A stretch of 64,000 nt of DNA. Source: a virus (lineage: Duplodnaviria; Heunggongvirae; Uroviricota; Caudoviricetes). This document shows, piece by piece, positions 26,342 to 36,849 of the stretch (position 1 is the stretch's first letter; each line of letters opens with the position of its first letter). The position numbers and the translations under genes are program-made. Below the pieces are notes generated by a model. It had not been told where the DNA came from. It saw only the letters and a list, made by a program, of their open reading frames with translations, and did no database searches. The DNA lies in the IMG/VR virus record IMGVR_UViG_3300010429_001251; one strand, 5' to 3'.

Positions 26342-27378
26342 AAAAGAATATAGGCTGGGTAATGCCCAATTTTGAAACAGAAGGAAGCGGCGGTTTAAAA
26401 ACTTTGTTTGACTTTGCTAATTGTCTTTCAGGTTTATATGAGCAAGACGTTTTTGTTGCTAAAACTAAAAAAACCCAAACAGATGAGGAAGCTAGGAAAT
26501 TAATTCATAAATATTTTGGGTATATGCCTAATATAAATATTTATTGTGGGCATGAACAGATTAAAGATGACTATTATGATTTATTAATAGCTACTTGGTG
26601 TATGACTGCTTATAAAGTTAAAAACATAAGAGCTGAAAATAAGGCTTACTTTATTCAAGATTTAGAGTATATGTTTTTTCCAATGAGCGATTGGTATATG
26701 TGGGCTCAGGAGTCTTATACCTATGGGTTTAAAAATATAACTATGGGGAGATGGATAGCTAAAGAGCTTAAAAAACTATACGGCATAGATTCTCAACCTC
26801 TGGATTTTTGCGCTGATTTAGATGTCTACAAACCTTTAAATGTGGAGAGAGAAAAAGCGGTTTGTTTCTTATTTCAACCTGAAAAACATAGAAGATGTTG
26901 GGAGATGGGTTTAAAAGCTCTGCGCTATGCGAAAGACAGAATACCTGATTTAAAAGTTTATACTTATGGAAGTATTGAAGGTAGAGACATTATTAAAGAA
27001 AAGTACCCTGATTTTAAATTTTTAGGTCTTTTAGATATTAAAATGTGTAATTATCTCTATAATACTTGCCAATTAGGAATGTGTTTTAGTCCTACCAATC
27101 CAAGCAGAATTCCTTTTGAGATGTATGCGTCTGGTTTACCTGTTTTGGATTTCAATTTGGATAATAATAGGTATGATTTTTCTGAGAGTACACATAGACC
27201 GTTTGTACCAGATGAGAATACATACAATAGTTTAGGAGCTAAAATTTGTGAGTTATTATCTAATCCCGCTTATTTAGAAGTAACTGGTATAGATAATTAT
27301 AGATTTATGAGAACAAGAAAGTATGAATTAGGCTTTGACCAGTTTAGAAACGCTATAAAGGAGATCGTAGGTGTATAA
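26338..27378 (+). CDS. GT-B fold glycosyltransferase (GT4-like)
   Basis: FEMYASGLPVLDF resembles the GT4 EX7E region. Confidence 0.4.
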   Translation: MKKNIGWVMPNFETEGSGGLKTLFDFANCLSGLYEQDVFVAKTKKTQTDEEARKLIHKYFGYMPNINIYCGHEQIKDDYYDLLIATWCMTAYKVKNIRAENKAYFIQDLEYMFFPMSDWYMWAQESYTYGFKNITMGRWIAKELKKLYGIDSQPLDFCADLDVYKPLNVEREKAVCFLFQPEKHRRCWEMGLKALRYAKDRIPDLKVYTYGSIEGRDIIKEKYPDFKFLGLLDIKMCNYLYNTCQLGMCFSPTNPSRIPFEMYASGLPVLDFNLDNNRYDFSESTHRPFVPDENTYNSLGAKICELLSNPAYLEVTGIDNYRFMRTRKYELGFDQFRNAIKEIVGV

Positions 27379-29017
27379 CTTAATTGATGATTCAGATGTT
27401 ATTTTATTCGATGTATTTGATACTGCTGTACTCAGAAAGGTCAATCATCCTTCAGAGGTGTTTAACTTATTGGGTACGGGGTTTAAATTCAAGAGAACGC
27501 AAGCTGAGTTCGATGCAGCAGTAAAAAAGCCTCATTGTACTTTAGAAGATATTTATGCGGAGTTAGGACAACCAGAAAATTCGGAACGTGAGAGACTTTT
27601 TGAGATAGATTTGGCATATAGAAATCCTGAAATTTATAATTATTATAAGTATGCTTTAAATCAGGGAAAGAAGGTTGCTTTTGTTTCTGATATGTATTTA
27701 TCCCCAGCAACTATATCTACAATATTAAATAATTGTGGATACGAAGATGAACAGTTATTTGTATCTTGTGTTGAGGGGGCTAGTAAATATTTTGGAAATA
27801 TGTACGAAGTTATTAAAGATTTTTATAAAGTAAATCCTGAAAAGATGTTAATGATTGGAGATAATAAACACGGTGATTATGATATGGCTATCCGTCAGGG
27901 TTTAAAAGCTGTTCATTATGAAAGAAGTCAATCTGATGAAGATTTCTGGTATAGGTTAGGATATAACGAATTAGGTTGTATAACTTTGGCTTTTGTTCAA
28001 TGGTTACGTACCAGTTTTAGAAATCAGGGGGTACAAAAAGCTTATTTTTTCAGTAGAGAGGGTTTAATATTCAAACACGTTTATGATCTTATTAGAGAAG
28101 ATTGGGATGCTGAAAGCGAGTATTTGTATGTTTCTAGAAAAACAACTCATTTTGCAGTCATAGCCAATCACACCCCTAGAGAATTTTTAGATAAGCCTGA
28201 AAATGAGTATCTTTATTGGTTTGTAAGAAATCAACTATGTAAAAGTGGAAATGATTTTTTCAAATATATCGGCGTTGATAAAACTATTGATGATGGAATA
28301 GATTGCACAAAATTACTTCCATATCAAAGAGAACAATATAACAATCGGTTATTAAGAGAAAATATTTTAGAATTTTCAGATAGCTGTATTGGAATGTTAT
28401 TTAATATATCTAAATATTTATCCGATAAGTTTGATAATTACGATAAAGTAGCTGTAATTGATTTAGGTTGGCAAGGTTCAGTTCAAAAGGCTCTTCAGTC
28501 ATTATTAAAAGGTATGTTTGAAGATATGGAAGTATTCGGATACTACTTTGCTACATCTAGTAGAGCGGATGATAATAAGAAAATAATAAATTTAGAAGGC
28601 TTTTTAGATAAAGATTCCATTTGTTTAAATAATATCTGGTTAATTGAAAATCTATTTATGTGCAATCAAGGCAGTGTTGTAAATTATGAAAACGGCACCC
28701 CTATATTAGACAAAGAGCGTAAACCTTATACAGAATGGATTCATAAAGGGATTTTAGATTTTGTAGCAGATTATAAACATATGAGAATTGATAATACTAA
28801 GAACTTAGGTAGGTTAAAATTCAATAGGCTATTACTAAATCCAACTTCAAAAGAGGCAGAAATGCTTGGAAATATTTTGAATTATAGCGGTTCTGATGAT
28901 TTTGGTATTCCGATAGCAAAACCTGATTTGGCATCTTTAAAGAATCAGTATCAGCAGTGCGCTAATAAAAATATATTCTTATTACGGTTACTAAATATGA
29001 TATTTAAGGAGTTTTAA
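27371..29017 (+). CDS. HAD-like hydrolase-domain protein (N-terminal) with a large C-terminal domain of unknown function
   Basis: N-terminal motif I ILFDVFDTAV, later KVAFVSDMY (motif III-like) and IGDNKHGD (motif IV-like). Confidence 0.4.
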   Translation: MYNLIDDSDVILFDVFDTAVLRKVNHPSEVFNLLGTGFKFKRTQAEFDAAVKKPHCTLEDIYAELGQPENSERERLFEIDLAYRNPEIYNYYKYALNQGKKVAFVSDMYLSPATISTILNNCGYEDEQLFVSCVEGASKYFGNMYEVIKDFYKVNPEKMLMIGDNKHGDYDMAIRQGLKAVHYERSQSDEDFWYRLGYNELGCITLAFVQWLRTSFRNQGVQKAYFFSREGLIFKHVYDLIREDWDAESEYLYVSRKTTHFAVIANHTPREFLDKPENEYLYWFVRNQLCKSGNDFFKYIGVDKTIDDGIDCTKLLPYQREQYNNRLLRENILEFSDSCIGMLFNISKYLSDKFDNYDKVAVIDLGWQGSVQKALQSLLKGMFEDMEVFGYYFATSSRADDNKKIINLEGFLDKDSICLNNIWLIENLFMCNQGSVVNYENGTPILDKERKPYTEWIHKGILDFVADYKHMRIDNTKNLGRLKFNRLLLNPTSKEAEMLGNILNYSGSDDFGIPIAKPDLASLKNQYQQCANKNIFLLRLLNMIFKEF

Positions 29018-29668
29018 ATGCAATACGAAGAGTGGAAAAAATTATTAGATGAAGAAATAAGGTATTGGGAAGAAACTGTTTCAAATAATAATGGCAGATT
29101 TCATACAATTGAGCCGTGGTTTAATCCCTATTCAGAGTTACAGGATAGATACAGACCCTATGTAACCCCTGAAAGTAGAATTATTGATGTTGGTGCCGCC
29201 ATTTGTACCAAAATAGGCAAAAGACTAAATGGTAAAAAATTAAATATAACAGCTGTGGATGTGCTAGCTACAGAGTATAATGAGATACTTGCTAAAAATG
29301 ATATAATACCTCCAGTAACTACCAGAAAATGTGACTTTGAGAGTCTTGTTTCTACTTTCGGTAAAGATTCTTTTGATTTTGTACATTGTTCAAATGCTAT
29401 AGATCATTGCCATAATCCGTTAGACTCGTTGCAGCAACTATATGCAATAACAAAACCAGGCGGGTATCTTTATGTAAGAGTTCATGAAAATGAGGCGTTG
29501 AATTGTAATTATTTAGGACTTCATCAATTCAATTTCTATATACAGGACCACGGTGTTTATTATGCTGATAAAGATGCAAATACGGTGTTAATTCCATTTA
29601 CTATGCAGAAGTTAGAATTAGTAAAAAGCGGAAATATTAATTTAATAGAATTTATAATTAAGAAATAA
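29018..29668 (+). CDS. Class I SAM-dependent methyltransferase
   Basis: Motif I IIDVGAAIC and acidic motif II; Rossmann-fold spacing. Confidence 0.45.
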   Translation: MQYEEWKKLLDEEIRYWEETVSNNNGRFHTIEPWFNPYSELQDRYRPYVTPESRIIDVGAAICTKIGKRLNGKKLNITAVDVLATEYNEILAKNDIIPPVTTRKCDFESLVSTFGKDSFDFVHCSNAIDHCHNPLDSLQQLYAITKPGGYLYVRVHENEALNCNYLGLHQFNFYIQDHGVYYADKDANTVLIPFTMQKLELVKSGNINLIEFIIKK

Positions 29669-29677
29669 GGAATAGAG

Positions 29678-30220
29678 ATGAGTAGAATACCTTTAACAGA
29701 ATTAGCAAAGTTGGATGAAGAATCAGCTAATACTTTAATAGAAGAAGTTGATGATAATTATACAGCTGTTTTAGCGGCTAAGGGTAAAATTTTAAAAGAT
29801 TATTTAGTACCTTTAGACAAAGTTATTGAACGGGGTTGGCAATTACTCAAGCAACCTGAGATATTAACTGAAGATTTAAATAGGTTAGTGTTAGAGATTC
29901 CTTTAGCTCAGCATTATATTTTTTCTAGATTAGCTGAGCTGAATAGTAAAGAAGTTGTAATGAAAAGCATCAAAAAGGAATTATACACTAATACTTATTT
30001 AAAATCTGATGGAAATGCCAAAGAGCGTGAAATGCTGGCTACTATGGATACAAAACAAGAAACCCTAGTATTAGAAATCTATGACATTATTTTAGAAGAA
30101 GTTAAAGAAAAATCTAAAGTGTCTTGGGAATTGTTAAATGCAGCTAAATATGTTTTACGTCAAAAAATATCCGAGGGTGAGTTTAATAGATCAGATACAG
30201 GTAGACCTATAAGGTATTAG
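29678..30220 (+). CDS. hypothetical protein
   Basis: 180-aa ORF. Confidence 0.45.
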   Translation: MSRIPLTELAKLDEESANTLIEEVDDNYTAVLAAKGKILKDYLVPLDKVIERGWQLLKQPEILTEDLNRLVLEIPLAQHYIFSRLAELNSKEVVMKSIKKELYTNTYLKSDGNAKEREMLATMDTKQETLVLEIYDIILEEVKEKSKVSWELLNAAKYVLRQKISEGEFNRSDTGRPIRY

Positions 30221-30229
30221 GAGGATAAA

Positions 30230-30481
30230 ATGGTTAACGAGTTGACAGTAGCTAATATATTAGAGCTAATTAAATATCTTGAATGTTTTATAGATCAGAA
30301 ATGTGATTGTATCGGGGTTGTTGAGGATGATAAAGTCATTATTTCAGACAGATCTAAGTACAGAATGGATGCATTTACTCAAGAGGAGTACGAATGTAAA
30401 AAAGCCTTAATTCATTTATACAGACTGTTAGAGATTGAGTTTGATCTTAAAAGGCATTTACTACAGGAGGAGTTAAAATAA
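30230..30481 (+). CDS. hypothetical protein
   Basis: 83-aa ORF with RBS GGAGGA. Confidence 0.4.
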   Translation: MVNELTVANILELIKYLECFIDQKCDCIGVVEDDKVIISDRSKYRMDAFTQEEYECKKALIHLYRLLEIEFDLKRHLLQEELK

Positions 30482-31041
30482 TGGAACATAATTGTAGTAA
30501 TTGTGGGAATAAAGGCGGGCACAGTTGTTCAGATCTATTCTGTCCCGGAGCTTATCAAGAGTGTATTAGTAATGGACATAGTAAGTGGGTTCCTAAGAAG
30601 ATACAGGTAATTGATTGGCATAAATATTTCTTCAACATTGCTTGTGATGTGTCTTTAAGATCTAATTGTATTAGAGCTAATGTAGGAGCGCTGATTGTAG
30701 ACGAACATAATCATATTAAAGCTACGGGGTATAATGGAACTCCTAGTAAAATAGAGTCCTGCAAAGAACGTGGTTTATGCTATAGAATGGAAAATAATAT
30801 AGAATCAGGAACTCGTTATGAAACTTGTAGATCAATTCACGCCGAACAAAATGCTATAATTCAAGCCGGTGAGTCTGTAGCAAGAGGTTGTAATATGTAC
30901 ATTTACGGACATAATATGGTTTGTATTTTATGCAAAAGATTTATATTACAAGCTGGTATTGAAAAAGTTTTCTTACTGAAAGCCTTTGGAGAGCCTATGC
31001 ACACTATATTTGTTAGAGAAGATTGGAATCAGGAGTTGTAA
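30481..31041 (+). CDS. dCMP (deoxycytidylate) deaminase with an N-terminal Cys-rich extension
   Basis: Zinc motifs HAEQNAI and CxxC (VCILCKRF). Confidence 0.75.
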   Translation: MEHNCSNCGNKGGHSCSDLFCPGAYQECISNGHSKWVPKKIQVIDWHKYFFNIACDVSLRSNCIRANVGALIVDEHNHIKATGYNGTPSKIESCKERGLCYRMENNIESGTRYETCRSIHAEQNAIIQAGESVARGCNMYIYGHNMVCILCKRFILQAGIEKVFLLKAFGEPMHTIFVREDWNQEL

Positions 31042-31042
31042 A

Positions 31043-31606
31043 ATGAAATTAATTTATTTAGACACAGAAACCACAGGGTTAGATCCTGTAAAAAATGACA
31101 TCATTCAATTAGCTGGTATTGTTGAAATTGATGGAGTAGTAAAAGAGGAATTTAACATAAGATGCCAGCCGTTTAGTTATGAGAATATTCAGCAGCAGTC
31201 TTTAGATACTAATAAAATGAGCCTTGATATGCTGAAGCAATTTCAAACTCCACAAATTGCATATAAGCAGTTTGTAACCATATTGGATAGGTATATTGAT
31301 AAATTTAATAAATCGGATAAGTTTATTCCGGTTGGGCAGAATGTTAAATTTGATTTAGACTTTCTTAGACAGTTCTTTGTAAAAAATAATAATAAGTTTT
31401 TCGGATCTTATGTTGATTATCATTCCATAGATTTGATGGTATTATCAGGATTTTTCACAATGATAGGTAAAATAAATCCAGTAAATTTGAAACTCGGCAC
31501 TATTGCTGAGATTATGAAAGTAGAGTTTGATGCTCACGATGCTTTGGAGGACATTAGAGCAACCAGAGAAATATTATTTAGTTTTAGACAATTCATAAAG
31601 GAGTAA
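31043..31606 (+). CDS. DEDDh 3'-5' exonuclease (DnaQ-like)
   Basis: Exo I IYLDTETTGLDP, Exo II VGQNVKFDLDFL, Exo III HDALEDIRAT. The start is moved to the ATG at 31043, behind an AGGAG RBS. Confidence 0.75.
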   Translation: MKLIYLDTETTGLDPVKNDIIQLAGIVEIDGVVKEEFNIRCQPFSYENIQQQSLDTNKMSLDMLKQFQTPQIAYKQFVTILDRYIDKFNKSDKFIPVGQNVKFDLDFLRQFFVKNNNKFFGSYVDYHSIDLMVLSGFFTMIGKINPVNLKLGTIAEIMKVEFDAHDALEDIRATREILFSFRQFIKE

Positions 31607-31609
31607 CTT

Positions 31610-32248
31610 ATGACAGTACAAAATGTTTATGCTTTAACATTTTTTAAGATAGAGGATGTAGGAACTTGTGTAACAGCTTATGATCTGTATATGTTTATAA
31701 TACATCATCCAAACTACAGATTAAATGGAAATCATTTAGAACCTACTACCGACGGAAAAAGCAAATACGGAACAAAGTTTTTAGCATATTTAGACTCACT
31801 GGTTAAAAAATTGGGGTTGGTGAGACTAAATGGGGTGGCTACTTATTATGAAATTATGAATAAGGATGCCAAAATAGTAGCAGAACTTGTTCATAAAAGT
31901 TTGTTAAAGAGTATAGAAGGAAATAAAGAAGGGCATTTAGTATTCCCAATTCAAACAGTTAATACTCTTTTAAAGCACTGGTTAGGAATAGTTTGCACAG
32001 AGATTCCACATAATTATAAATCTTTTATTATCAGAAAACCTGATATAAAAGAAACTTATGGGTACAAGGTAGCATTTCAAATGCCTTTACAATCTGTTGA
32101 AGAACCTTCTAAAAAATCAGCTAGAAAGGGGTCTAGAAAGCATGAAGCTTATTTATGGGCTAAACAAAATGGAATACATATTTCCGAAAAGAATTGTAAT
32201 AAATTGTTATCTTACTATAATAAAATCTCAAACGGAAAGGAGAAATAG
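31610..32248 (+). CDS. hypothetical protein
   Basis: 212-aa ORF with basic C-terminus. Confidence 0.45.
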   Translation: MTVQNVYALTFFKIEDVGTCVTAYDLYMFIIHHPNYRLNGNHLEPTTDGKSKYGTKFLAYLDSLVKKLGLVRLNGVATYYEIMNKDAKIVAELVHKSLLKSIEGNKEGHLVFPIQTVNTLLKHWLGIVCTEIPHNYKSFIIRKPDIKETYGYKVAFQMPLQSVEEPSKKSARKGSRKHEAYLWAKQNGIHISEKNCNKLLSYYNKISNGKEK

Positions 32249-32446
32249 ATGACAGTAGAACAAGCTAGAAAATCCTTTAATTTAGCAGCGTTTGATTTAC
32301 TGGAAATTTTACAGAAAGCTCAAAAAGAAAAACCTACTAGGCACATTGCTTCAGCTATAACTAAGTTGGAAGAAGCTATGTTTTGGGCTAACTATGAAAA
32401 TGTTATGCCGTTCATAAAAGATAATGAGGAGACTTTATGTCCTTAG
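32249..32446 (+). CDS. hypothetical small protein
   Basis: 65-aa ORF. Confidence 0.35.
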   Translation: MTVEQARKSFNLAAFDLLEILQKAQKEKPTRHIASAITKLEEAMFWANYENVMPFIKDNEETLCP

Positions 32447-33552
32447 ATGAAATACTAAATGAGGTTAATAAGAAGCATAACGAGGTTATTTATTCAAAAG
32501 GAATAAATTTAGCCCCTACAGCAAGAATTCCGTTTACAAGTCCTAGAGCAAACTGGTCAACCTATGGAGGTATTCCAAGGGGTAAACTAGTTGAATTTTT
32601 TGGGCCGGAGTCAAGCGGTAAAACCACAGCTTCATTAGACATTATTAAAAATGCCCAGGAGTTATTTAAAGAAGAATACGAAGAAGAGATTGAAACCTTA
32701 AATGCCCAACTTTCGGATATAACACAAAAATCTTTAATTGACCAGAAAAAGAAAAGGTTGGCATTACTAGAGAAAAGAGGCCCCCAAAAGGTTCTATTTG
32801 TTGACGCTGAAAATTCTTTAGAGGAAGATTGGGCTACTAATTTAGGAATAGATGTTCCTGAATTATATACTTATACCCCTAAGGATGAGCCTGCAGAGGG
32901 AGTGTTTGATGTAATTGAGAATTCTGTAGTAACAGGAGAGTTCGGTTTGATAGTTCTGGATAGTTTGGGAACACTTGTTTCTAAAAATGATTTAGATAAA
33001 TCCTTAACTGAAGAAGAAAAGATAGGCGGTATTTCAAAACCTTTAACACGTTTTGCTAAAAGAGCTGTGGGTTACTGTTCTAAAAGTAATTGTACTTTTA
33101 TAGGAATAAATCAAATTAGAAGTGACGTTAAAAACCCTTACGCTTTATACCGTACTCCGGGCGGTGACAATTGGAAACATAGTTGTATGCTAAGAGTCAT
33201 GTTCAGCGTTCTGGAATATATAGATGTTAACGGTAATAAAGTTCCTGGAAGTTGTGATAATCCTTATGGTCATAAAATTCAGATGAAAATTCAAAAAACC
33301 AAGATTTGTAGACCGGATAGAAAATTAACTCACTTCACTCTTATTTATACAGAGGGTGTAGATATGATTGGAGATACCGTTAATTTAGCCATAGATGATG
33401 ACGTGAAGTTAATAGATAAAACTGGTTCTTGGTATTCATACGGAGAAAAGAAATTTCAAGGTGAGCGTAATGTTAAGGAATATTTTGAAGATAATCCTGA
33501 TGAGTTCGCTAAACTGTATGTTGAGATAGATAAAAGAATAAGGGGTGTGTAA
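32437..33552 (+). CDS. recA: RecA-family recombinase
   Basis: [20 protein letters not shown] is near-identical to the RecA Walker A region ([21 protein letters not shown]), followed by [11 protein letters not shown]. Confidence 0.8.
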   Translation: [371 protein letters not shown]

Positions 33553-35486
33553 TGGGGTTTATGGATACGCCTAAAGCGGTTGTTAAACAAGAATCTAAAA
33601 ATCATTTGGAAAGTCTTCTGGACTACTATTCAGATTCCTATTATAGAGATAGTATTAGTGAGATTTCTGATGAAGAGTTTGATGATTTAAAGGAGCAGTA
33701 TAAAACAGAAACTGGAAAAGAATACAATAAAGTTGGTGGATGTTTATCCCGAAAACTTAAAAAAGAATCTCATTTGCATCAAATGCTCTCGCTTGAAAAA
33801 GTAAATGATTTAGAAACTTTAAAAAAATGGATTCATAGGGTAAGGGATCTAACAGTTAATTATGTTATAGATTATAAATTGGATGGAGTATCCCTTTCTT
33901 TGGTGTATGTTTATGGGCATTTACTTAAAGCGGTAACTAGGGGGGATGGAAAAGAGGGAGAGAATGTTACCCATAATATACAGTATGTTAGAAACATTCC
34001 TACATTTGTAGAGGCTTTTAATAAAGATTCCTATATAGAAGTTAGAGGGGAAGTTGTTATAAGCAAAAGCAACTTTGAAGTTATGAAAAAACAAAATGCG
34101 GAGTTTATCAGCGCACGTAATTTAGCATCTGGGTCTATTAGAGTTAAAAATACAGAGGCGGCTAAAAATAGAAATTTAGATTTTTTAGCTTATTATATTT
34201 ATAAAGAAACTGGATTATTGTGTAGTATTTGTGAAATGATGGAGTTTTTAGGCTGTGTGGGGTTTGAGACTCCTAAATTTATGACTGCTTCTAATTTTGA
34301 TGAGTTAGTATCTTGTGTTAATTGGCTTGAGAAAGGTATTGATGAATATCCGTATACCGTAGATGGGCTAGTTATTAAGATACATGAAAAAGATATCATA
34401 GAGAAGTTAGGGTGTACATCCCACCATCCTAAAGGCATGGTTGCGTATAAATTTAAAGCAGATGAGGCTTGGACTAAATTAGTGGGGGTTGAGTGGCAAA
34501 CATCTGCTACGGGTAGAATAAACCCTGTAGGTATAGTAGAACCAGTCTTTTTAGCTGATGCTAATATTGAAAAAGTTTCCTTGCATAATTTAGAAATAAT
34601 TGAGAATTTTAAATTATGTTATAACGATGAGGTCTTAATAATTAGAGCTAATGATGTAATCCCGTATATGAAAAGCAAAAAGCAAATGAATAACGGAGAC
34701 CCTATAAAAGTTCCAACAACTTGTCCAGTCTGTGGATCTGGGGTGTCTAGATCAGATAAGTTCCTATATTGCACTAACGAAAAATGCCCAGGCGTTTTAA
34801 AATTCAAAGTGTTGAAGTTTTTAGATATTTTAGATATAAAAGGTGTTGGAGAAGCGATAGCTGAAAATATAGTAGAGTATTTAAAAGAGTGTGTTGATGA
34901 ATCTTATGATAATTCTGATTACTATAATGTTCTTAATTTTACTCAAAACGAGTGGATACAAGTTTGTAATAGTGAAGTTATAGGAGAAAAAATTCGTAAC
35001 CAGACTTTTGAATTAATTAATAAAGGAATAAGTCCTGAAAAAGCCCTGGCAGCCTTACTTATTGATAATGTTGGTCCTAATATTGCTGAAAAAATATTAG
35101 CATATTTCACTTTCAGCGATTTAAAACTTATGACATACTACGATTATATAAATATAGATGGGATAGGTCAGGTACTAGCTAAAAACCTGTCAACTATAGG
35201 ACAAAACAAGGCGTATTTATATTTAGTTAATCTAGTTAAAAATGAGCCTAAGCCTTCTCCTTTTTCAAATAAGTTAAAAAATGCTGCTTTTTGTGTAACA
35301 GGGGTTCTACCTATTTCTAGGGGTGCGTGTGAAGAACTTATTAAAAAGAATGGTGGTAGAATAAAATCTGTGTCTAAAGAATTAAATTATTTAGTAGTCG
35401 GCGAAAAGGCTGGCAACAAATTAGATAAAGCTAAAAATTTAAATATAGAATGTATAAGTTATGAGCGTTTATTGGAGATAGATTAA
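33552..35486 (+). CDS. ligA: NAD-dependent DNA ligase (LigA)
   Basis: KxDG adenylation motif (YKLDGVSLSL), zinc finger CPVCGSGV...CTNEKC, HhH region and C-terminal BRCT-like segment. Confidence 0.8.
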   Translation: MGFMDTPKAVVKQESKNHLESLLDYYSDSYYRDSISEISDEEFDDLKEQYKTETGKEYNKVGGCLSRKLKKESHLHQMLSLEKVNDLETLKKWIHRVRDLTVNYVIDYKLDGVSLSLVYVYGHLLKAVTRGDGKEGENVTHNIQYVRNIPTFVEAFNKDSYIEVRGEVVISKSNFEVMKKQNAEFISARNLASGSIRVKNTEAAKNRNLDFLAYYIYKETGLLCSICEMMEFLGCVGFETPKFMTASNFDELVSCVNWLEKGIDEYPYTVDGLVIKIHEKDIIEKLGCTSHHPKGMVAYKFKADEAWTKLVGVEWQTSATGRINPVGIVEPVFLADANIEKVSLHNLEIIENFKLCYNDEVLIIRANDVIPYMKSKKQMNNGDPIKVPTTCPVCGSGVSRSDKFLYCTNEKCPGVLKFKVLKFLDILDIKGVGEAIAENIVEYLKECVDESYDNSDYYNVLNFTQNEWIQVCNSEVIGEKIRNQTFELINKGISPEKALAALLIDNVGPNIAEKILAYFTFSDLKLMTYYDYINIDGIGQVLAKNLSTIGQNKAYLYLVNLVKNEPKPSPFSNKLKNAAFCVTGVLPISRGACEELIKKNGGRIKSVSKELNYLVVGEKAGNKLDKAKNLNIECISYERLLEID

Positions 35487-35953
35487 TGGAAGACGCAAAA
35501 CAATCATTTAAAGAATTACTTACAAAGCATATCTACCAAGTAGGAGAGAATTTACATTCAATAATTGTAGAGTTAAGTGTTCGAGCTATAAGGCATGATT
35601 ATAGTAAATTCGGAGCAGAGGAAGCCCCATTTTTTATCGAGTATAGCCCTAAGTTAAAGCAAATGGAGTACGGCTCTGACGAGTATTTACAATGCTTGGA
35701 TAATATGCGACCTGCTTTGGATCATCATTATGATGAAAACAGACACCATCCTGAGCATTTTAGCAACGGTATATCTGATATGAATATGTTAGATTTATTA
35801 GAAATGCTTTCGGATTGGTATGGAGCTACTAAATTGAGCAGGGGCGGTGATTTAATGAAATCTATAGAGTACAATCAAGGTAGATTTCACTATTCAGATG
35901 AACTTAAAAACTTGTTGGTCAGGACAGCTAAGGATTTGAATTGGATTCAATAA
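35486..35953 (+). CDS. hypothetical protein (His/Asp-rich, possibly HD-like); paralogue of the next ORF
   Basis: Motifs RHDYSKF and DHHYDENRHHPEHF; shares a ...LDLLEMLSDWYG-like segment with 35941..36300. Confidence 0.3.
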   Translation: MEDAKQSFKELLTKHIYQVGENLHSIIVELSVRAIRHDYSKFGAEEAPFFIEYSPKLKQMEYGSDEYLQCLDNMRPALDHHYDENRHHPEHFSNGISDMNMLDLLEMLSDWYGATKLSRGGDLMKSIEYNQGRFHYSDELKNLLVRTAKDLNWIQ

Positions 35954-36300
35954 TGGATGAATGTATACAAATAACAAAAGAAAAGCTAATAGAGATTACT
36001 AGTGAAATTTTACAAAGGGCTGTAAGTCACAGAACTAGAGAGGTTTGTGAAGATGTAAGTCCTAAAACATTTAATGCTAAATTTAGACGGTATGATATGG
36101 GACTTATGTACGGAAAATTATCTACAATGAATTTAGTAGATTTATCAGAAATGGTTACAGTGTTATCTACTTATTCTCAACAAATGAAAAAAGACATATT
36201 TGCAGTAATTGCTGAGCATAGAAAACTATTCAACTATTCTGAAGAGTTAGAAGAGATTTTAGGTAATACTTGTAGATATATGGGTTGGGTGGAGGATTGA
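35941..36300 (+). CDS. hypothetical protein (paralogue of 35486..35953)
   Basis: Shared C-terminal pattern (MNLVDLSEMVTVLSTY versus MNMLDLLEMLSDWYG). Confidence 0.3.
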   Translation: MDSIMDECIQITKEKLIEITSEILQRAVSHRTREVCEDVSPKTFNAKFRRYDMGLMYGKLSTMNLVDLSEMVTVLSTYSQQMKKDIFAVIAEHRKLFNYSEELEEILGNTCRYMGWVED

Positions 36301-36653
36301 TGAAAAAGCCGACACGTTATTATTCTAAAAGACAGGAACAACAAGTTGCAAAAAGCTTGGAGGGTAGATGTCACGCAAACTCAGGAGCTACTCCTTTTAG
36401 AAAAGGCGATGTAAATTGTGGAATTTTCTTAATTGAATGTAAAACATCCACAGAGAAAAGAAGAACATATAGCGTTAAACAAGATGACTTAGATAAAATG
36501 AATAAAGAAAGATTTTCGATGGGCAAAGAGTATGCAGCTTTATGTTTTGATTTTGGGCCTGAAACGGAAAGGTATTATGTTATAACAGAAAAATTAATGA
36601 AGGATTTTAAAAGGTTATTAGAAGAAGAAAAGGAGCGATTCGATGAACAGTAG
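36285..36653 (+). CDS. small PD-(D/E)XK-like nuclease (Holliday-junction resolvase candidate)
   Basis: GDVNCGIFLIECKTST core, similar to ORF 25856..26341. Confidence 0.3.
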   Translation: MGGGLMKKPTRYYSKRQEQQVAKSLEGRCHANSGATPFRKGDVNCGIFLIECKTSTEKRRTYSVKQDDLDKMNKERFSMGKEYAALCFDFGPETERYYVITEKLMKDFKRLLEEEKERFDEQ

Positions 36654-36849
36654 AGAACAAAAATTAAAAAGACGTAGAAAATGGTTTAGTCAATTACCAG
36701 AACGTAGACAAAGACACTTACAGGGTATTGAGTTGAAAAATCAATTCCATAAGAGTCTTAGAGAGCATTTAGATGGAGTAACTGATCCCCATCATAAGGT
36801 TAGAATTATAAGGGAGTTGAAACAAACATATAAAAGGAAAAGCTTATGA
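36643..36849 (+). CDS. hypothetical small basic protein
   Basis: 68-aa ORF, R/K-rich. Confidence 0.3.
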   Translation: MNSREQKLKRRRKWFSQLPERRQRHLQGIELKNQFHKSLREHLDGVTDPHHKVRIIRELKQTYKRKSL

